Part shown: positions 40,695 to 50,310 of the stretch, in pieces
Numbering within the stretch: the first letter of the stretch is position 1
How the letters are laid out: each line of letters begins with the position of its first letter
Assembly: GCA_022763365.1 (NCBI GenBank)
Contig: JALEGN010000013.1
Location: 44,118 to 108,117, forward strand
DNA length: 64,000 nt
Direction: 5' to 3'
Origin: Minisyncoccota bacterium
GTDB taxonomy: Bacteria > Patescibacteriota > Minisyncoccia > Phycocordibacterales > UBA1006
Translations under genes and position numbers: made by a program
Notes under the pieces: model-generated
The model's database searches: none
Told to the model about the DNA's origin: nothing
What the model saw: the letters and a program-made list of their open reading frames with translations, nothing else

Positions 40695-41180
40695 CTAAGT
40701 TTTTTTCATCATACCAAGGATAAAACGAATACCTTTTTTCCTAAGAAATCGAATATAATGTTTTAAACCAAATCTAAACTCTGGATCATGTTTTAAGGTA
40801 TGGGCTAAGAGAATAGTGAATCCAACATACTGTACACCTGTCATAAAAGCAACACCAAGAGGAACTTCTTTTTTTAAATACCAATATACAAATCCCCATT
40901 TTAATAACCAATTTACTGCTGAAAAAATCAGTGTTGGTACAAGTTGAATCCATGCAGGACCTTTAATAATAGCAGCTGTTGCTGACCCACCAATAATAAA
41001 GGTATCAATCGTTAGCCCAATAACACTCCAAAATATAAGAATAATAGACAACTGAAAGACCCTTTTGTTAAAGGGTTTTTCAAAAGACTTAAGAGCTGCT
41101 TGTTGCTCCTCCTCAGTCATATATTCATCATGGGTATCAATATAATACCTAAAGTGCTTACATAAATTATCGTAGACCAT
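40695..41180 (-). CDS. Unknown membrane protein, paralog family member 3
   Basis: See the previous feature; starts 2 nt after the rpiB stop. Confidence 0.8.
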   Translation of the reverse strand: MVYDNLCKHFRYYIDTHDEYMTEEEQQAALKSFEKPFNKRVFQLSIILIFWSVIGLTIDTFIIGGSATAAIIKGPAWIQLVPTLIFSAVNWLLKWGFVYWYLKKEVPLGVAFMTGVQYVGFTILLAHTLKHDPEFRFGLKHYIRFLRKKGIRFILGMMKKT

Positions 41181-41182
41181 AA

Positions 41183-41650
41183 TCAATTGTCAAAACTATC
41201 AAATTCAATTTTCTCAATTCTACGAATATGACGCTCTTCTTCGGTAAAAGGAATTTCAAGCCAAAATAATACTGACTCAAGCATCTCTTCATTACTCAAA
41301 AATCGCGCACCAATAGAAAGAATATTAGCATTATTATGCTCCCGCGAGAGCTTAATTATTTCTGGATTAAAATGATAATAGGTAGTTGCTCGAACATTTG
41401 GATATCGATTGGCAACTATTGCCTCACCTTGCCCTGACCCACCGAAAATAATTGCCCTATCTTGTGTGGATTGAGAAACAGCTCCAGCAGCTAATTTAAT
41501 ATAATCAGGATAATCATCATTTTGATCATAGACATCAGCTCCATGATCAACAAAATTGTAGTTTAATTCTTCTAAGGCAGTTTTTAAAAATTCTTTCATT
41601 TCAAAACCAGCATGATCAGTAGCTAAATGAATTGTTCCATTAAATTCCAT
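41183..41650 (-). CDS. rpiB: Ribose-5-phosphate isomerase B
   Basis: ATDHAGF, DDYPD, FGGSGQGE, SREHNNAN, ERHIRR. Confidence 0.95.
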   Translation of the reverse strand: MEFNGTIHLATDHAGFEMKEFLKTALEELNYNFVDHGADVYDQNDDYPDYIKLAAGAVSQSTQDRAIIFGGSGQGEAIVANRYPNVRATTYYHFNPEIIKLSREHNNANILSIGARFLSNEEMLESVLFWLEIPFTEEERHIRRIEKIEFDSFDN

Positions 41651-41690
41651 ACTATCTTTAGTATATCAGTACATACAAAAAAGGAGAATA

Positions 41691-42110
41691 TTATGCTCCT
41701 TTTTCTGAGTTTAGTATATATACGGCAGCATCTTGAACATGTTTAAATCTATCAGATTCCAGTTTAATACCACCGTACCAACGCGTTACACAAATAACGA
41801 TATTAACCATGTTATTATTTTGTAAAACCCTTAGAATAATTTGTCCCGCACCGGTTTCTCCATCATCATTTTTAGACTCATAAACAGCTCCGTCATTTGA
41901 TATACGTACTGCCCAGCTATGATGTGTTGCCTTATGATGGTTTTTTAATTTCTTTGTTTTCTTAAGAAAATTTTTAATGTCTTCTTGCTTATGAACCCTT
42001 CCCATTGAAACCGAGTATACCGACCTCCTGTCACTAATGATTTTTTCATAATGAATGAAATCTTGTTGTGGTTCTATACCACCTAAATCCATAGCCTGTG
42101 TTTTACTCAT
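41691..42110 (-). CDS. YigZ/IMPACT family protein
   Basis: ATHHSWA, DDGETGAG, VTRWYGGIKL. Confidence 0.92.
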   Translation of the reverse strand: MSKTQAMDLGGIEPQQDFIHYEKIISDRRSVYSVSMGRVHKQEDIKNFLKKTKKLKNHHKATHHSWAVRISNDGAVYESKNDDGETGAGQIILRVLQNNNMVNIVICVTRWYGGIKLESDRFKHVQDAAVYILNSEKGA

Positions 42111-42963
42111 GATAATCTAAAAATTTATGACGAATCTCGTCAGTCATTACCATACAGGTATTCATTTTTCCAAACCAGCTATAGCGATTTTTGCTAACCC
42201 AAGTATAGACTGCATCACGAATAAATTTTGGAACTATCCAAAAAATATTAAACAATGGCCACAATTTTCCCATTGATCGCGTCATAGAAAAAATAGCGGA
42301 TGTTTTTGATTTATATTTCGTGTAATCATCAATTAAAATAACTGATTTCATAGTTGAATTATCAATTCCATATTGGTCTTGAATCTTTTGACCAATATCA
42401 GATTGTAGTGATGCAAAACGAAAGGTATCGTTGGGGTCATTTTTGAGCAGCAGCTGAACCGACCAATCACAAAGATTACACTCTCCATCAAAAAGTACTA
42501 TTTTCTTCTTTTGTTTCAAATATTTATGCAAAATATGAGATTGTTGTATTTCTTCTCGTACCTTCATCAAAATTTTTCCAAACCTATTTTCTCCTTTACC
42601 AGTTTTAATATTGACTCCCCAAAAGATATCATTCCAATAATTTCCTTCTTGTAAGTATTGATTGCCTGTTTCAAAGAGTTTTCTTTGCAATTCGGGATTT
42701 TGATACTTGATGCGAGTTAGCTCAAGCATAATATCTTCTTTCACCTCTTCCCAGTCGCTGCGAAGTTTTATCATTTCCCGCTGTTTCTTTTTAACAATTC
42801 TTGGATTAGATTCAGATGCGCAGAAATTTTTAAATGCTTTATCGTCACTTTTCTCTGAATGAAAAGCATTTTCGACGTTATGAAAAACTCGGCCTTTATA
42901 TTCCATTTGTACAGGCCAAAAATTTGAAAGCCATCGATATTTACCCTGAAACTCTTTAATCAT
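42103..42963 (-). CDS. NADAR (YbiA-like) domain fused to DCC1/DUF393 thiol-disulfide oxidoreductase
   Basis: WLSNF, LRSDWEEVK, EGNYWNDIFWG, GENRFGKILMKVR; then FDGECNLC, FASLQS, RDAVY.WVSKNRYSWFG. Confidence 0.85.
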   Translation of the reverse strand: MIKEFQGKYRWLSNFWPVQMEYKGRVFHNVENAFHSEKSDDKAFKNFCASESNPRIVKKKQREMIKLRSDWEEVKEDIMLELTRIKYQNPELQRKLFETGNQYLQEGNYWNDIFWGVNIKTGKGENRFGKILMKVREEIQQSHILHKYLKQKKKIVLFDGECNLCDWSVQLLLKNDPNDTFRFASLQSDIGQKIQDQYGIDNSTMKSVILIDDYTKYKSKTSAIFSMTRSMGKLWPLFNIFWIVPKFIRDAVYTWVSKNRYSWFGKMNTCMVMTDEIRHKFLDYHE

Positions 42964-42999
42964 AAACAAAGTATACCAATTAAAAAGAAATAGTATTCA

Positions 43000-43983
43000 C
43001 TATTTCTTTATTTCTTCTTGGAGTTTCTTATAATTATTGAATAATTCTTGCTGTAATTCTCCAGACTCTAAAGCATTTTTAACAGCACATTCTGGTTCTT
43101 TATCATGGTTACAATTCCTGAATTTACACTGTAATGCTAGGTTTTCAATAATTTCGAAATTTTGATTCAATACCTCATCACCAACCGTCAGTCCAAACTC
43201 ACGTGTTCCAGGTGTATCAATCACAATAACATCGTTATCAAGGAGAAAAAGTTTACGAGCCGTCGTGGTATGTTTCCCTTTTCCGCTCCAGTCTGATACC
43301 TCACCAGTCAATTGCTGTCGCTCTTCATCGAGCATAGTATTAATAATTGATGATTTACCTACACCTGACGAACCGATAAATACCACGGTTTCTCCAGGTT
43401 TTAAGAAATTATGAATATCAGATAGCCCTTCGCCGGTTTCAAATGATGAATAGATCACTGGCACATTCGATGAAATTGATTCCATGTCTTCGTGGATTTT
43501 GAAAATATTGTCAATCAAATCAACCTTATTAAGTACTATAAGAGGTTTAATATTCGTATCAGTCAGTTGAGTCAAAACACGCTCTAAACGATTTACATTA
43601 AAATCTTGTGCCAATGATTGTACAATTACCGCTGTATCCACATTCGTTGCCATGATCTGCACCTCCGTATCACTGTGTGCCCGACGACGCTCCAGAATTG
43701 TTCGCCGAGGTAAGATTTCCTCAATAATATTCGCATTATCGCGCGCGCCTAATGAAACAGCTACCCAATCTCCAACTATTGGTTTTGAATAGACATCAAC
43801 ATCCTTAAGACGATTTCCAGTGATTTCTGCCACGATTTCACCACTCTCAGTTATCAATTCATAATTGGTTCGATGCACTGATAAAACCCGTGCTGGAATC
43901 AGCTCGTTTTTTTCATTCACACTATTTTGAAATGTTGATTCCAAATCAGCATTCCATCCATATTTTTGTAAGTGATTAAACAT
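43000..43983 (-). CDS. rsgA: Ribosome small subunit-dependent GTPase A
   Basis: VGDWV, NKVD, GSSGVGKS, GKHTTT, DTPG, CKFRNCNH..EPECAV. Confidence 0.96.
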   Translation of the reverse strand: MFNHLQKYGWNADLESTFQNSVNEKNELIPARVLSVHRTNYELITESGEIVAEITGNRLKDVDVYSKPIVGDWVAVSLGARDNANIIEEILPRRTILERRRAHSDTEVQIMATNVDTAVIVQSLAQDFNVNRLERVLTQLTDTNIKPLIVLNKVDLIDNIFKIHEDMESISSNVPVIYSSFETGEGLSDIHNFLKPGETVVFIGSSGVGKSSIINTMLDEERQQLTGEVSDWSGKGKHTTTARKLFLLDNDVIVIDTPGTREFGLTVGDEVLNQNFEIIENLALQCKFRNCNHDKEPECAVKNALESGELQQELFNNYKKLQEEIKK

Positions 43984-44038
43984 CTATAATTGAAGTATAG
44001 CAAATAAAAAAAAGAGCATAAGCTCTTCATTTTATTTT

Positions 44039-45082
44039 TTAAAGATTTTCTCCCATTTCTAGGGTGTGACGGATAAGTGTATTAGTATACCCCATCTCAT
44101 TGTCATACCACGCCAAAACCTTCACGAGGTTTCCATCAACAACTCGGGTCATAGCTAAATCTGCCATAGATGCATGCGTATTTCCAATAATATCTGACGA
44201 TACTAATGGTTCTTCGGTTACGGTGAAGATACCTTCGTATTTATCTTCTTTAGCTGCTGCGCGGAGGATGTCGTTTACCTCTTCTACTGAAGTATCACGT
44301 GACGCAATAAAGGTAATATCAGCCACTGATCCAGAAATTACTGGAACTCGGCAGGCAATACCATCAAATTTACCAACCAATTCTGGAATAGCTTTGGTTA
44401 CGGCAATCGCTGCTCCTGTTGAGGTTGGAATAATATTTGCAGCGGCAGCTCGTCCTTTTCGATAATCAGAACCTCGTACTGGACCATCAACAATAGATTG
44501 TGTTGAGGTATATCCATGCGTCGTGTTTAAGAGTGCCTTTTCAATACCAATAGTATCTTTCAAAATTTGTACGAGTGATGATGAAGCATTCGTGGTACAT
44601 GAACCGTTTGAGGTAATTTGGCAGGTTTTAATAATGTCGTTATTTACTGACATAATACCTGTTGCTGCTTTAATACCTTCTCGAGACTGTCCTTTTCCTG
44701 GACCTGAGATAATAACTCGCTTTGAACCAGCATCTAAGTGTAATGCTGCCTTATCATATTCGGTAAAGAATCCTGTTGATTCAATCACCACATCAACATC
44801 CATTTCTCCCCATGGTAGATTTTGAGGTTCTCGTTCTTGAAGAACGCGGATATCATCACCATTTACAAAAAGATGTGATCCATCTTCTGAAGTTGTTACC
44901 TCAAGACCACTTGGACCCTGAGCTGAATCGTATTTCAAAAGATAGGCTAAGTTATTAATATCTCCTAAATCATTTACAGCTACAATATCAATATTTGGAT
45001 ATTGTGCGTAGGCCAGTCGTAAAAATGCTCGTCCAATACGACCAAATCCATTAATTGCTACTTTCATTTTTTTATTTTCCAT
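44039..45082 (-). CDS. gap: Glyceraldehyde-3-phosphate dehydrogenase
   Basis: INGFGRIGR, SCTTN, WYDNE. Confidence 0.97.
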   Translation of the reverse strand: MENKKMKVAINGFGRIGRAFLRLAYAQYPNIDIVAVNDLGDINNLAYLLKYDSAQGPSGLEVTTSEDGSHLFVNGDDIRVLQEREPQNLPWGEMDVDVVIESTGFFTEYDKAALHLDAGSKRVIISGPGKGQSREGIKAATGIMSVNNDIIKTCQITSNGSCTTNASSSLVQILKDTIGIEKALLNTTHGYTSTQSIVDGPVRGSDYRKGRAAAANIIPTSTGAAIAVTKAIPELVGKFDGIACRVPVISGSVADITFIASRDTSVEEVNDILRAAAKEDKYEGIFTVTEEPLVSSDIIGNTHASMADLAMTRVVDGNLVKVLAWYDNEMGYTNTLIRHTLEMGENL

Positions 45083-45134
45083 AATGTCATTATTATATCA
45101 TGACTGTATGAGTAAAAGAAAAATCAACACATAA

Positions 45135-45833
45135 CTAATTATCTGTTGATTCAAAAGGATTTAAATCATCTCTTATTTTTCTAATTTGTTTTTCAAGTTT
45201 TGGAAACCATTCACCAAAACGTAGACGAAGTCCATAATCTACACGCTCGTCTTCTGGAAACCAGGCAATATGAAAACGAATCCTTTTTTTACGTTCACTT
45301 CCGACATTAAATTGAAATTCACCTCGGGGACCGATAAACTCATCCCGCGAAGCAATTCCCAATCTCACATCTGATTGTATGATATTTATCATCAATGATG
45401 TTGAAACACCATGATTTTTAATCCAGTTTGATCCGTAATTGATGCGGAGTAAACCCCAATCAAAACGTTGCCTAAAACCACCGCGTAGGATTGCATTCCA
45501 CTCACCTGAATCATAAAGATATTCATAACCAGGTGTGATGGTTAAGAGTGTATTTGCTTCAGCATCAAAAGGAACAGTCATGCCAACAAAGGTTTCAGCT
45601 CGGTTTAAACGAAACCGCAGGCGAAATTCAAAAGGATATTTAATACCAAACAATGTTTGATCAAGCACTCCTTCTATTTGATTCCACCTAACACGTACAT
45701 CAATTCGAGAAATATACCATTTAGGTTTTTTGATTGTTAGAGTATCATTTTCTTCTCTATTCTGAACAAGATTTTCTTGAGAAAAACCATATCCATACAT
45801 AAACAAGAAAATAATGAATATGATTTTTTTCAT
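45135..45833 (-). CDS. Secreted protein, putative beta-barrel, Bacteroidota-style signal peptide
   Basis: MKKIIFIIFLF..GFSQE; alternating-residue strands such as VDYGLRLRF. Confidence 0.55.
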   Translation of the reverse strand: MKKIIFIIFLFMYGYGFSQENLVQNREENDTLTIKKPKWYISRIDVRVRWNQIEGVLDQTLFGIKYPFEFRLRFRLNRAETFVGMTVPFDAEANTLLTITPGYEYLYDSGEWNAILRGGFRQRFDWGLLRINYGSNWIKNHGVSTSLMINIIQSDVRLGIASRDEFIGPRGEFQFNVGSERKKRIRFHIAWFPEDERVDYGLRLRFGEWFPKLEKQIRKIRDDLNPFESTDN

Positions 45834-45887
45834 GATTAATTTTTATTTCACTATTAATTTTACAATGTTTTGTAAAATAAAAAAGTA

Positions 45888-46457
45888 TCACTCAAGATAC
45901 TTTTTCTTATAATTTTTATAAGCTGGAATCCAATCTTCTTTGGTTATTTCTAATATCCACTCATCCCAATATTTTTCGTTATAAAACTTCTTATCAGGAA
46001 GCGTTGCAATTTGCCTGTAACCACACTTCAAAGAATAAGTTCGAGAACGTTCATTATATGCATAAACTTTCGAGTATAGTTTTCGTAAATCTAATACATT
46101 AAATGCAAAATCCAATAATAAGTGCTTAGCTTCTGTTCCGTATCCTTGGTTAGTAAAACTTTCACCAATCATAGTTCCTGTCTCAGCAAAACCATCATAT
46201 TTTTTAATATCCATTATTGAAATACTTCCAATTACCGTATCTGTTTCTAATAGTCTTATAACGAAAAAATATTTTGACTTATCATCATTAGCTTTTTGAA
46301 TGAATTCTTTTTCTTTTTCTAAAGTCATACTATCAACAGTTTCAGCACCTAAATAATGCTTTACTTGATTGAAATACTTGGCCAAGGATTCAGAGTCTTT
46401 TTCGACAGAAGCTGGTCCGATAGATATTCTTTTAGATTTCAGTAAGGGTCCTTTCAT
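45888..46457 (-). CDS. GNAT N-acetyltransferase (RimJ/RimL family)
   Basis: NQGYGTEA, FAFNVLDLRKL, NERS. Confidence 0.9.
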   Translation of the reverse strand: MKGPLLKSKRISIGPASVEKDSESLAKYFNQVKHYLGAETVDSMTLEKEKEFIQKANDDKSKYFFVIRLLETDTVIGSISIMDIKKYDGFAETGTMIGESFTNQGYGTEAKHLLLDFAFNVLDLRKLYSKVYAYNERSRTYSLKCGYRQIATLPDKKFYNEKYWDEWILEITKEDWIPAYKNYKKKYLE

Positions 46458-46504
46458 AATTAAAATTTTATTTCATAATATATGACGAGTATCGCTATTA
46501 TTTA

Positions 46505-49500
46505 TTACAAAAGATTTAACTGTTCGTAAGTTCGAGGCCCCCGAAGAACCTCCAAAAATTCTAACAACTCCTGATTTCCTTTATCTTTATAAAAGTCACC
46601 TTCTAAAAGATTCCCATTAAATACTTTTTCAGCAAGTTCGTTTATAAGTTCTCTGACTTCATCAACATCATCTTGCGTAATTTCAAAGAATGCTCGCTCA
46701 TATTCACCTTTTGTATTTGGCTCTAGAAAATCAAAAATAGCCGTATGAAAATTATATCTTCCATCAAAAGCATTTTGGAGAAGTAATTTATAAAAAGCAG
46801 CTTGTCGTTTTGTCTTTGCCTTGCGGTCTTTGTCCATGTCGCTATAGGCTCGTCCAGTTTTATAATCCCAGACAGTTATCTCGCCAGCTTCGTTCACCGT
46901 GATTTTATCCATGACTCCAGTTAAATTAATAACCTGACCATTATCTAATTCAAAAGGAATAGATGAAATCCTTTTTTCATTCTCCATTGGAATTTCAAAA
47001 GTCTCGTAATATTTATCAAAATAATGTGAAACAATATTCCAGCCCATATCTTTATGTTCTTGATAGAGATGGTTTTGTTCAACAATCATATTAAAAGACT
47101 GTTCTAATACATCTTTTCCTAAAATTTCTTGTTTTTTAATACACTCGTCAAAATATTTCTCGAGTGTCTCATGAAGCATATTCCCTTTATCGAGAAATGG
47201 TGAACGTGCCTCGGGTAAATAAATTAAATTTCTAAAATAATATTTCAGTGGAGACTCTGCATAATTATTTAATGCTGAAACCGAAAGTTTATTTTTCAAA
47301 AATCGCTCTTTCACAAATTCATCATCAACCAAGGAAACAATATGTTCTTGTGATTTATTAAATAGTAGTGCGAGGTCTTTTGTATGTTCTTTCTCCCAAT
47401 CACTCATATCAATCGTTTCTAGTCCATCAGTTTCACCTATATGTAATGACCTCGTTTTCTCTCGCCCTTCTTCGTTATAGATATATGAACTTATCAGGCA
47501 GTTTTTCCGAGCGCGTGTAATAGCTACGTAAAATAATCGACGTTCATCTTCGGTACCACCGTCTTCAAAGTCTTTAAATGGCAGGGTAATTTCATTTCCT
47601 ATTTTTCGTTTTGAAAGTGCTTTGATCATATACACCGTATCAAACTCAAGTCCCTTTGAACCATGGAAAGTCAAAAGATTCACACCATCTGATAATGTAT
47701 TGGTAACATTCATGGTAACGCCATGTTTCCGCATCGTATCCAGATATTTCATAAAATTTGAGACCGTGAAATCCACTCTGGCGAGTTGTTCTTTTTTTAA
47801 TTCATCAAAGAGTTTTTCAACTTTTTGAAGAGCTAATACTGATTGAGGTCGACTAAGAATATATTTCAAAAATCCTGATTCACGTACGAAATCTGAAAAG
47901 AAACTCACCGTATCTGACTCCTCAGCAGCTCGTTTCTGCTCTTTGAGCATGCTTACGAAATCTGCATAGCTATCCAAATTTTCTTTAGCAATACCGGCAT
48001 CTTCTAATTTCTTTGGATCTTCGAGAATACTCATGATGGCACTATTGTATTCTCCTTTTGCGTAGCGAGATTTTTGTAAAATTCTCTGCACATCAAAAAC
48101 ATCAAATTCAAGGAAATCAATAAAGAGTGATTTTGCCATTGCCTCATTATCAGCTGGATTATGAACTGCCCGCAGTAGATAAAATAATTTTTGGATGTCA
48201 GGGTCACGTAAGATATTCTTTTTAGAAAAATCTTTGTACGCAATTCCATAAATATCCAGAAGCCGTCTAATATCATCAGCATCAGCATTATTTCGATACA
48301 GGACCGCTATTTCGTTCGGTTCTTCACCATTATCAATACGAGATTTGATATCTTGAACCAACCAAATCATCTCCATTTTATGATCATTAAATTCTCGATA
48401 CTCGAGAACTCCATCATATGTTTGAAATGCTTCTAATGTTTGCTCACCTGCATGATGAGCTGATTTTTGAATCAGTGAATGTGAACTATCTAAAACACCT
48501 TGATGCGAACGATAATTTTTTTGGAGGTTAATAACTAGTGGTTCAGATAATGATTCTAGTAATCTTGTATACGATTCTTCACTCGCTCCTGCAAAACGGA
48601 AAATTGCCTGCTTTGAATCTCCTACAACAAAAATATTTGGCTTGCCTTCTGATACTGGATTATCAATCAAGTATCTGACAATGGTATTTTGTGCATCGTT
48701 GGTATCCTGATGTTCATCAACCAGAATATATTGAAACTGTTCTTGTAACTCTATTTTGAAAATTGATTCGTCTTGAGAAAGCTCATGAATCATCCGCACA
48801 ATAACATCAGAAAAATCATAGATACTTTGCTTTTGAAGTTCAGCTTCGTAGACTTCATAAATATCAGCGAGCTCAAGATTCTTATCACGACGCTGGGTTA
48901 ATTTACGTAGTTCCTGAGGTTTAATATCTCCTGCATTGAATTCTTTATATTTTCGTTTATAGCGAATATCATCTGATTCAATATCTAAGTCATATTGTGT
49001 ATTGATATGTTCACGGAACTGACCGCTATTCATTCCTTCACCCTTAATTTTTCCAATAGCAAAAGCAATAGATTTAATCGTTGAGTCTCGACGTTTAAAG
49101 ACTGAAAAATATTCTGTTTTCTGTTCATCAACAATTTTTTCAAGGAGCTCAATTTGCTCTATCGGAGAAATCAAACGCGTTCCATACACGGAATCAAATA
49201 CATCACGATATTGTTTCATCATATCTTCAGCAAATGAGTGGAAGGTAGATATGTATACTCGATGTGCCAATTCTGCCCCAACGATACCTCCAAGTCGCTC
49301 TCGCATGTTATAGGCCGCTGCATTTGTAAAGGTTAAGGCCAAAATATTTTCAGGCTCAATATCTGATTGCCGTAAAATATTTGCGATCCTTAGTGTTAAA
49401 ATCTGAGTTTTTCCTGTTCCGGGACCAGCCATAACAAAAACTGGACCGTCAATCGTATCGACGGCTTGTTTTTGTTCAGGATTCAATCGTTCGTAAAGTT

Positions 49501-49522
49501 CGTTGAATTGAGATTCATTCAT
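46505..49522 (-). CDS. UvrD-family helicase fused to C-terminal PD-(D/E)XK nuclease (AddA/AdnB-like)
   Basis: AGPGTGKT, VDEHQD, GDSKQAIFRF, TFHGSKGLEF, YVAITRAR; G.MDKI..WDYKTG, QAAFY. Confidence 0.92.
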   Translation of the reverse strand: MNESQFNELYERLNPEQKQAVDTIDGPVFVMAGPGTGKTQILTLRIANILRQSDIEPENILALTFTNAAAYNMRERLGGIVGAELAHRVYISTFHSFAEDMMKQYRDVFDSVYGTRLISPIEQIELLEKIVDEQKTEYFSVFKRRDSTIKSIAFAIGKIKGEGMNSGQFREHINTQYDLDIESDDIRYKRKYKEFNAGDIKPQELRKLTQRRDKNLELADIYEVYEAELQKQSIYDFSDVIVRMIHELSQDESIFKIELQEQFQYILVDEHQDTNDAQNTIVRYLIDNPVSEGKPNIFVVGDSKQAIFRFAGASEESYTRLLESLSEPLVINLQKNYRSHQGVLDSSHSLIQKSAHHAGEQTLEAFQTYDGVLEYREFNDHKMEMIWLVQDIKSRIDNGEEPNEIAVLYRNNADADDIRRLLDIYGIAYKDFSKKNILRDPDIQKLFYLLRAVHNPADNEAMAKSLFIDFLEFDVFDVQRILQKSRYAKGEYNSAIMSILEDPKKLEDAGIAKENLDSYADFVSMLKEQKRAAEESDTVSFFSDFVRESGFLKYILSRPQSVLALQKVEKLFDELKKEQLARVDFTVSNFMKYLDTMRKHGVTMNVTNTLSDGVNLLTFHGSKGLEFDTVYMIKALSKRKIGNEITLPFKDFEDGGTEDERRLFYVAITRARKNCLISSYIYNEEGREKTRSLHIGETDGLETIDMSDWEKEHTKDLALLFNKSQEHIVSLVDDEFVKERFLKNKLSVSALNNYAESPLKYYFRNLIYLPEARSPFLDKGNMLHETLEKYFDECIKKQEILGKDVLEQSFNMIVEQNHLYQEHKDMGWNIVSHYFDKYYETFEIPMENEKRISSIPFELDNGQVINLTGVMDKITVNEAGEITVWDYKTGRAYSDMDKDRKAKTKRQAAFYKLLLQNAFDGRYNFHTAIFDFLEPNTKGEYERAFFEITQDDVDEVRELINELAEKVFNGNLLEGDFYKDKGNQELLEFLEVLRGPRTYEQLNLL

Positions 49523-49621
49523 AGTTCCATTATACCAAAGCTAAAAATAAACTGACTCGCAGTTTATTTTTGACTTAAATATTTAAATTTATATAGTTAA
49601 ATAAAATAAAAAATCAAATAT

Positions 49622-50296
49622 ATGAGAATAATTAATAAAGTACTTTGTTTTGATTATGACGAAACAACTGTTCCTACAAGCCCCTCACTTTTTAAGTTTA
49701 TGAACGATAAACTTGGGACAGATGTTCAGTCCGGTCATCATGATGATTTTGTCGAACTTTTTGGAATTACTGTTGAAAAAATGTTTCAACTTTTTGATGA
49801 ATTTGCCGAAAAAGACATCATGAAAAATGTTAAACCCTATAAAGGAATGTATGAGTTGTTTTTGGAGCTGAAAAAACTTGGGTTTAGAATCGTTGTAACA
49901 ACAGCAAGGCCAAGACCTACGTACTACAAACAAACAAGGACACATATGGATCGTTTTTTCCCAGGAATATTTGGTCCAAAGGATTTGATTATGCATGAAT
50001 ATCCTGACGAAACAATCCATAAGGTGAATAAAACTGAGATGGTGGCTTCAGTGAGTGGAGGCATGTTTATTGATGACAGCCCATCAAAAGTTGAAGAAGT
50101 TAAGAATAACATACCTGATATTCTGGTTCTTTTTAAAGAAGATAAAGAAAATCCTATTTTTGATATTAATGAATTATCTGAAGACATTATTCCTGTTAAA
50201 GATGCGAACGATATCAAAAAAGAGATTTTTAAATTTTTCAATATAACTGAAAAGGATAAAACTTACGACGCAGAAGCTCGTACCTTTACCGATTAA
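49622..50296 (+). CDS. HAD-family 5'(3')-deoxyribonucleotidase-like protein
   Basis: FDYDET, VTTAR, K, FIDD motifs. Confidence 0.8.
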   Translation: MRIINKVLCFDYDETTVPTSPSLFKFMNDKLGTDVQSGHHDDFVELFGITVEKMFQLFDEFAEKDIMKNVKPYKGMYELFLELKKLGFRIVVTTARPRPTYYKQTRTHMDRFFPGIFGPKDLIMHEYPDETIHKVNKTEMVASVSGGMFIDDSPSKVEEVKNNIPDILVLFKEDKENPIFDINELSEDIIPVKDANDIKKEIFKFFNITEKDKTYDAEARTFTD

Positions 50297-50310
50297 AAAT
50301 TAATAAAAGC

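Noticed and set aside
46505-49522. Helicase-nuclease fusion as an anti-phage defence system
   Set aside because: UvrD plus PD-(D/E)XK fusions are common repair enzymes, and no defence partner genes are adjacent
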